From: Candidatus Bathyarchaeia archaeon
Lineage (GTDB): Archaea > Thermoproteota > Bathyarchaeia > Bathyarchaeales > Bathycorpusculaceae
Direction: 5' to 3'
DNA: 64,000 nt
Assembly: GCA_049521795.1 (NCBI GenBank)
Contig: JBEKOM010000001.1
Coordinates: forward strand, 384,001-448,000
Positions 58,702-64,000 of the stretch are shown here, piece after piece (the first letter of the stretch is position 1; the number at the start of each line of letters is the position of its first letter). Under the pieces are notes generated by a model. The model made no database searches. It was not told the origin of the DNA and was given only the letters and a program-made list of their open reading frames with translations. The position numbers and the translations under genes are program-made.

Positions 58702-59664
58702 TTGCGCATGGCAGCTAGAAGGATCAGTCCTCTCAATGCGTTATTGATGCTGTGCTTGATCACGTTCTGGGGAAGCTCCTTCGTCGTTGTGAAGATAACG
58801 CTTCTTGAAGGGTTGACACCGATTTCAATCGCGACGTTCAGGTTTCTCCTCGCGAGCGTCATGTTTCTGGCTGCGCTCCTGGTCAACAAAGGCGTTAATC
58901 GCAACTACGCGTTGCGCGTTGAGAACAAGGACTTGCCGAAGCTGCTTCTACTCGCGCTTACAGGCGTCACGTTCTTCTTCGTCATACAGTACACGGGCAT
59001 TCAGATGGCAAGTGCCTCGATGGCCGCAATCTTGGTCTGTCTTCTCTCGCCGATCCTGATCACCGTCTTCTCCGCGCGCATGCTCAAAGAACGTCTGGCA
59101 CGAAGACAGGTTCTCGGAATCGGAGTAGCCGCGGCTGGAACACTCACAGTTATCGCGGGAAGCTCCATGAGCCTCGAGAGTAACACGAGATTCTTCGTCG
59201 GAACTCTAATTCTGCTCTCCACGCCTTTACTTTGGGCAACGTACACCGTGATCGGAAAAAAGGTGATGGAGAAATACAGCCCCTTTCTCGTCTCAGCCTA
59301 CGTGAACATACTTGGCGGCCTGTGTTTACTCCCCTTTGCCACGGCTGAAAACTCCATCGGTAGAATAACGACGATGAGTCTTCAAGGCTGGTCAGCGATC
59401 CTTTATCTAGCCTTCACCTGTTCCCTGCTGGGATATTCTATCTGGCTTTACGTAGCCAACCAGGTCAAGGCGGCAGTGGTCAGTTCATTCATGTTCGCAG
59501 AACCGTTGATAACGGTCATGTTCGCAACCAGGTTTGCAGGGGAAACGGTGACGCTTTTCACGGCGGCAGGTGGCTTGCTGATTTTCATCGGCGTCTACTT
59601 CGTGTCTAGGAAGCAAACAGGGCTGAATCGTAGCCGAGCAGTGCAAGGACCTTCCTCGGGTTAA
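58702..59664 (+). CDS. EamA/DMT family transporter
   Basis: FWGSSF, about 10 TM helices in two repeats, EP...GE motif. Confidence 0.9.
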   Translation: MRMAARRISPLNALLMLCLITFWGSSFVVVKITLLEGLTPISIATFRFLLASVMFLAALLVNKGVNRNYALRVENKDLPKLLLLALTGVTFFFVIQYTGIQMASASMAAILVCLLSPILITVFSARMLKERLARRQVLGIGVAAAGTLTVIAGSSMSLESNTRFFVGTLILLSTPLLWATYTVIGKKVMEKYSPFLVSAYVNILGGLCLLPFATAENSIGRITTMSLQGWSAILYLAFTCSLLGYSIWLYVANQVKAAVVSSFMFAEPLITVMFATRFAGETVTLFTAAGGLLIFIGVYFVSRKQTGLNRSRAVQGPSSG

Positions 59665-60391
59665 AAACGCTGAACGCTGCCCTCCTCAGATTCTTCCCCA
59701 TCCTCGGAATCAAACCGGCAGCATCCGTGCCCAGCTTGCACAGAACCGCGTGCTCAAACATCCCTAAGGACTCGACATTGACGATGTCACGGTTCAACTC
59801 TGCCCTTCTTATGGCCGAATTGACTTCACCGTAGGAAGCTCCGAGAATCAGTAACCTGTCGAGCAGGGAACGCGTCCAACCCGCGTACTGTTCCTGCTGC
59901 TTCTCAGACAGCTCAGCTTCAATGTACCCTTTCTCGAAGTCAGCGCTAGTGACTCTGATGTGTAACGGTAGGTTTTCACAGAAACCGAAAAGCTCAACCA
60001 TCTTGCTAAAGGTCATCTTTCTCCCATCACCTAGCTGGGCCTGAAGCCGATCCAGCGGAACCGCAGCTTCAGCGCGGCTTGGGGAAGAAACTCCTATGTC
60101 AACCAAGAGCTCATTATTGCTTTTCGATAGGTCTGCAACGTATCCTTTGAGGGTTGAATACTTCCTGATCTCCTCTAAGCCTGCTGGGCAAAGCCCGATG
60201 TTGTCGGCCAGATAGCGGACGGCCACGTTCTCGTCTTCGCCGGAAATCGACACTTGAATCCACCCGAGTGAATCGGTCTCGAGCATGCTGGTCTCAACCT
60301 TCAACCCGCTCAACATAGACCGCAAGTTTCCGTCAACTTGGTCTAATTGAGAATTGTTGTAGATTCTGGTAAGCAGGGTTACGGAAGGCAA
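59606..60391 (-). CDS. DUF2110-family protein
   Basis: SGEDE..A..YL, LVDIG, LG.FEH...CKLGTDAAGLIP. TTG 60391 is the preferred start. Confidence 0.75.
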   Translation of the reverse strand: MPSVTLLTRIYNNSQLDQVDGNLRSMLSGLKVETSMLETDSLGWIQVSISGEDENVAVRYLADNIGLCPAGLEEIRKYSTLKGYVADLSKSNNELLVDIGVSSPSRAEAAVPLDRLQAQLGDGRKMTFSKMVELFGFCENLPLHIRVTSADFEKGYIEAELSEKQQEQYAGWTRSLLDRLLILGASYGEVNSAIRRAELNRDIVNVESLGMFEHAVLCKLGTDAAGLIPRMGKNLRRAAFSVFNPRKVLALLGYDSALFAS

Positions 60392-60921
60392 TCGCAGTCG
60401 CCGACCAGAGCCAACATTTCTTCGTGCATTTTCCAAATTCTCTCAATTGCAGCAGGCGGCAGCTCCTGTGAAAGCTGGTCTATAGTTTTCTCTATCGGAA
60501 CGCGGCGTGAGCCTTCAACAAGCTTGTCTGAGTAGCAGACGATTTTTTCTTCAAGCGTCTGTGGAACGTACACGCCTTTGGGCCACCCGAGCTTCTTTGC
60601 CTCTCTTGCCGTTATCCCGCCGCCTACGTGTTTCTCGATAATTGATACAACCTGCTCCGGAAGGCCCAGGGACCTTGCGATTTCTGCCCCGATCATTGCG
60701 TGATGTACACTGTGCGTCTTGCCTCGTCCAATGTCATGTAATAGTCCTCCAACCTCGACGAGTTTCAGATCAACATGAGAACCGCTTTTCTGACACGCTT
60801 CAGCGATCTCGCAGGCAAGCTCAGAAACTTTTTCAGCGTGTCTTACAACGTTCTCGCGGCATCCGCTCTGCCTGAGAAACTGCAATGCTTCTTCTCTCGT
60901 AGGGAGCTTTTCACTCACCAA
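60379..60921 (-). CDS. HD-domain (HDIG) protein, TIGR00295-like
   Basis: GLLHDIGR, HA..GA, HVGGGI, P.TLEEKIV.YSDKL. Confidence 0.9.
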   Translation of the reverse strand: MVSEKLPTREEALQFLRQSGCRENVVRHAEKVSELACEIAEACQKSGSHVDLKLVEVGGLLHDIGRGKTHSVHHAMIGAEIARSLGLPEQVVSIIEKHVGGGITAREAKKLGWPKGVYVPQTLEEKIVCYSDKLVEGSRRVPIEKTIDQLSQELPPAAIERIWKMHEEMLALVGDCDCLP

Positions 60922-61423
60922 GCTCCTTCCTCAGTGTTTCGACCTTCTTTCCCAGTGCTTCAAGGATCTTGTCGTTGTCGTAGTGCATCAACGGTTTTCC
61001 GCATGTTGGGCACTTGAAAACCAGTTCCACAGCTTCTTCAAACGGGATCCGCTTACATCCCGGCGTATCGCAATAGTAGAAGTCATGGTTTTTCTCGAAC
61101 TCCAGTCGAACGTTGAGTTTTTCAAGAACTCGACGTTTTTGGCTCTGTATGAAACCTTCCAGCTGGTCAGACTGTAGCCTCCAATGAAAAATGAACCAGC
61201 CAGTCTTCGGGTCGCGTGTTCGCCTCAAGCTTACAAGAGAATGGTCATAAAGCTTGTAGAGGATCTTGCGAACCGAGTTCAGCCTTATGCCCGTCTTGCT
61301 CGCTATCTCATCGTCTGTTGTTTCCGCTGCGTTTTTGAGAATTTCAATGAGCTTGATGGCATCCTCCTCGCCTAGGGCTTGTGCAACTCTAGTTAGTGTT
61401 GCGTCGTCTATGTTGGACAACAT
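60911..61423 (-). CDS. tfe: Transcription factor E (TFE alpha)
   Basis: TDDEIA...LN.VRKILYKLY, TGWFIFHW, YYC..C...FEEA....FKCPTCG, DN. Confidence 0.93.
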   Translation of the reverse strand: MLSNIDDATLTRVAQALGEEDAIKLIEILKNAAETTDDEIASKTGIRLNSVRKILYKLYDHSLVSLRRTRDPKTGWFIFHWRLQSDQLEGFIQSQKRRVLEKLNVRLEFEKNHDFYYCDTPGCKRIPFEEAVELVFKCPTCGKPLMHYDNDKILEALGKKVETLRKELGE

Positions 61424-61515
61424 GGTGTTCCTTTTGTTTCCCCTCTTCAACGCTGGTCTCTATAATGTATAGTGTGCATGATTCGACCTTAAATCTCTTT
61501 AGAAAAAAAGCAGAA

Positions 61516-62067
61516 TCACACCGTCTGCTCATTCACGATCTTCTTTCCTCTTGCTTGAGGAATGATTTTGAAGTGCGCGTTCTCGAACCTGTTCGTCAGT
61601 TCCTTTCCCTTGAAAAAACGATCAAGGAAAACCGCCAAACTTGCACATTCCGAATGAGGCTGGTTTCCGACTGCCACGTTGAAGTCTGACACAGCTTCGG
61701 AGAAGAATTCGCCAGGCACTTTCTGACTTCCAACGATGACCAAAACATCCTTTCCTGAAGTCTTGATCTTCTCTATCGCATCGCTGGTTTCAACGTTTTC
61801 TCCATAAGCCGTCAAATGGACAACGAGGCCGCCGTTGACTCTCCAACCGTGAACAGCTCTCTTCCAAGGAGTTCCCATCTCAAAAAAGAAGGGGCCTCCC
61901 CATTCTCGAGTGACTTTTTCAATCGAGTCCTTAATCTTGACGTCGTTTGCGTCTGAGAGTATTAGGCCAGCGGCTCCGAAAGCCCTAGCTGCCAGCGCAA
62001 CGTGCGATGTTAGCCTTGCGTCTCTCAGCGGTCTGTGACCCCATCTCAGAACAACCACTCGAGGCAT
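61516..62067 (-). CDS. trm56: tRNA (cytidine56-2'-O)-methyltransferase
   Basis: LRWGHRP.RD.R.T.HVAL.ARAFGA, VHLTAYG, GSQKVP, GNQPHSE. Confidence 0.95.
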   Translation of the reverse strand: MPRVVVLRWGHRPLRDARLTSHVALAARAFGAAGLILSDANDVKIKDSIEKVTREWGGPFFFEMGTPWKRAVHGWRVNGGLVVHLTAYGENVETSDAIEKIKTSGKDVLVIVGSQKVPGEFFSEAVSDFNVAVGNQPHSECASLAVFLDRFFKGKELTNRFENAHFKIIPQARGKKIVNEQTV

Positions 62068-62080
62068 ATTCTCTCCTTTC

Positions 62081-63301
62081 TTAGACTTTCTCCATTTTCC
62101 CGTTGAATTCTTTCGCTACGCGATTCCTCACCTTTTCAGCGAACGATGGGCTGGCTTCAAAAATCACGTGCACCGAGTCCGCCGTGTAATCTGCCGCTTT
62201 CACTTCAGCGCTTTTGAAGAGCCAGGCCATGAAGGGCATCGTTTCCTTCGTTACTGGTATCGTGAATGATGCTCTTACATAGTCTTTAAATCCGTTCAGT
62301 ATTTCTTGTTGCAAATGCTCGATGTTTGTTCCGTGCAACGCTGATATTGGCACCAGCGTTTTGGCTCTGTCCCTCAGGTTTTCGATCTTCTGCTGAATGT
62401 CTGCGTTCGGGACCAAGTCGATCTTGTTCAGCACGGTTATCGTTGGTATGCCTCCTGCTCCGATGCGCTCTATCGTCTCCATACATGTTGAAAGTTTCTT
62501 TTCCATAGTGCTCATCGCTTCACTTGCGTCTACGACGACAAGTATGAGGTCAGAGTAGATTGTTTCTTCAAGAGTTGAATGGAAAGCCTCTATGAGTGTT
62601 AACGGCAACCGGTCTATGAAGCCCACAGTGTCTGTCAAAAGGAACTTCTTCTTGGAGAAAGTGACAAGCCTCGTCGTTGTTGAGAGTGTCGTGAACAACG
62701 CTGTGTCCACTGGGACTGTTTCTTTTGCAAGAACGTTGAACAGGGAGCTTTTTCCTGCTTTTGTGTATCCGGCTAGAGAGATTGATGTGAAGCCCAATTC
62801 GGTCCTCCTTTCGCGGTGAAGTAGACGCTTTCCTCTGAACTTCTTCAGTCTTCTTCGTGTAGCATGCACCTCTCTCTTGACGCTTTCATAGTAAACGTCA
62901 ACCTCATAAGCACCCAGCCCCATGAACCCAGGCTGCTCTGCCCTCTTTGCCAACCTTACTCTCTCTTTTGCCTGTGTAAGGTCGTACTGTAGCTTTGCAA
63001 GGTGAATCTGCATCTGTGCCTCGGTCGTTGTAGCTCTTCTTGTAAAGATCTCCAGTATGAGCTGGAAGCGGTCGATGGCCTCGACGTTGGTCGCCTTTGC
63101 CAGGTTGTAGGATTGCAAGGGTCTCAGAAGGTTGTCGAATATGATTTTTTCAGCGCCAGTTTTCTTTACAAGTTCGGCGAGTTCTTCGACCTTTCCAGCG
63201 CCTATCTGGTAACGTGCATCAGGTTCTTTGACCTGCTCCATCCTGCCGACAACCGTGTAGCCTGCCGTTTGTGCCAGGCTGTCAAGCTCATCAAGCGTCA
63301 A
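62081..63301 (-). CDS. hflX: GTPase HflX (true start may be about 63343)
   Basis: IGAGK, DRFQLILEIF, GYTKAGKSS, LFTTL, DTVGFI, NKID. Confidence 0.93.
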   Translation of the reverse strand: MTLDELDSLAQTAGYTVVGRMEQVKEPDARYQIGAGKVEELAELVKKTGAEKIIFDNLLRPLQSYNLAKATNVEAIDRFQLILEIFTRRATTTEAQMQIHLAKLQYDLTQAKERVRLAKRAEQPGFMGLGAYEVDVYYESVKREVHATRRRLKKFRGKRLLHRERRTELGFTSISLAGYTKAGKSSLFNVLAKETVPVDTALFTTLSTTTRLVTFSKKKFLLTDTVGFIDRLPLTLIEAFHSTLEETIYSDLILVVVDASEAMSTMEKKLSTCMETIERIGAGGIPTITVLNKIDLVPNADIQQKIENLRDRAKTLVPISALHGTNIEHLQQEILNGFKDYVRASFTIPVTKETMPFMAWLFKSAEVKAADYTADSVHVIFEASPSFAEKVRNRVAKEFNGKMEKV

Positions 63302-63327
63302 TGGTTCGGCGCGCTTTCGGCGTTGAA

Positions 63328-63879
63328 CTATGATTGCTCTCGTCCTGCAGCTCCCTCCTTGCCACTGCCTCCTTTCTTAATTTGAATGAGGTCTCCGAGC
63401 GTCAGTTCACGGCTTAGCGCCTTGGGCATCTTCACCTGTGGAACTTTTTCCTCCTTCCTAGGCACTATCAATTTGACCTTAAGAATGTGCTCCAACGCTG
63501 TTGCAAGCTTGTCGTTGGGCGTCATCTTGCCCGTCTCAATCTTCTTGAGGAGCGACACCTTTTCGTTCAATCTCTTCCCCAGTTCTTCATGCGAAAATCC
63601 CAGCTTCTCCCTTGCTTTTCTTATCCTCGTGCCGTAATCTTCCGTCAGTTCCACGCTCGTGTCGACTGGCGGCGCCGACGGCCTAGTTTGAACTCTAAAC
63701 GCGATGGGTGCCGCTCTGGGCTTCGAAAACACTTGTTTCGGTCTGGGCTCCTCGTAGCAGATCTTGCCATGCTTTGCACATTCGCCACACACGGTAAGCC
63801 TTGCCCCTTCGATCATGACGTTGAATGATTTGCCAGGGATCTTGCATCCGCAGACTTCGCATCGCAACTGGCTACACAC
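63328..63879 (-). CDS. mbf1: Archaeal multiprotein bridging factor 1 (Zn ribbon + HTH)
   Basis: CEVCG..VCGECAKHG, DYG.RIRKARE, KIETG, TLGD. Confidence 0.93.
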   Translation of the reverse strand: MCSQLRCEVCGCKIPGKSFNVMIEGARLTVCGECAKHGKICYEEPRPKQVFSKPRAAPIAFRVQTRPSAPPVDTSVELTEDYGTRIRKAREKLGFSHEELGKRLNEKVSLLKKIETGKMTPNDKLATALEHILKVKLIVPRKEEKVPQVKMPKALSRELTLGDLIQIKKGGSGKEGAAGREQS

Positions 63880-64000
63880 CTAGACTGCTTTTATTACAAA
63901 GCGTCGTGTTTATAGTTGTCGAACGGGCTAGCACGAGCTGTCGGTGAGTAATGTTGGAGGATGCTCTAAGGCGAGTAAGGGCTGTTGCAGACTATCAGTT

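Overview
Archaeal chromosomal window, most likely TACK / Bathyarchaeia-like. This is inferred from gene content (TFE, Trm56, aMBF1, Hel308, crenarchaeal-type DHS, BHB tRNA introns) and was not tested. All calls are by-eye motif recognition; no searches were run. 1-25 kb is mostly housekeeping: ABC exporter, HDAC, ArgRS, two convergent deoxyhypusine-synthase paralogs, MDH, a split RLAN/RimK pair, a tRNA-Arg(CCG) with two introns, GT4, a ribophorin-I-like membrane protein, ferredoxin, AsnB-like, PurB, Hel308, and an atypical IscS-IscU-SufS-small protein operon. 25-49.5 kb is a surface-glycan locus with a legionaminic-acid-type nonulosonate pathway plus extra redox and amination enzymes. Downstream of tRNA-Val(TAC), about 49.7-58 kb, is an accessory-looking patchwork. 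In it, four co-oriented copies of a degenerate repeat separate single-gene units: an Fpg/Nei-like gene and two unannotated, related, highly basic micro-proteins. 59-64 kb is the DUF2110-HD-TFE-Trm56-HflX-MBF1 block. No CRISPR array, integrase, transposase or rRNA was seen.
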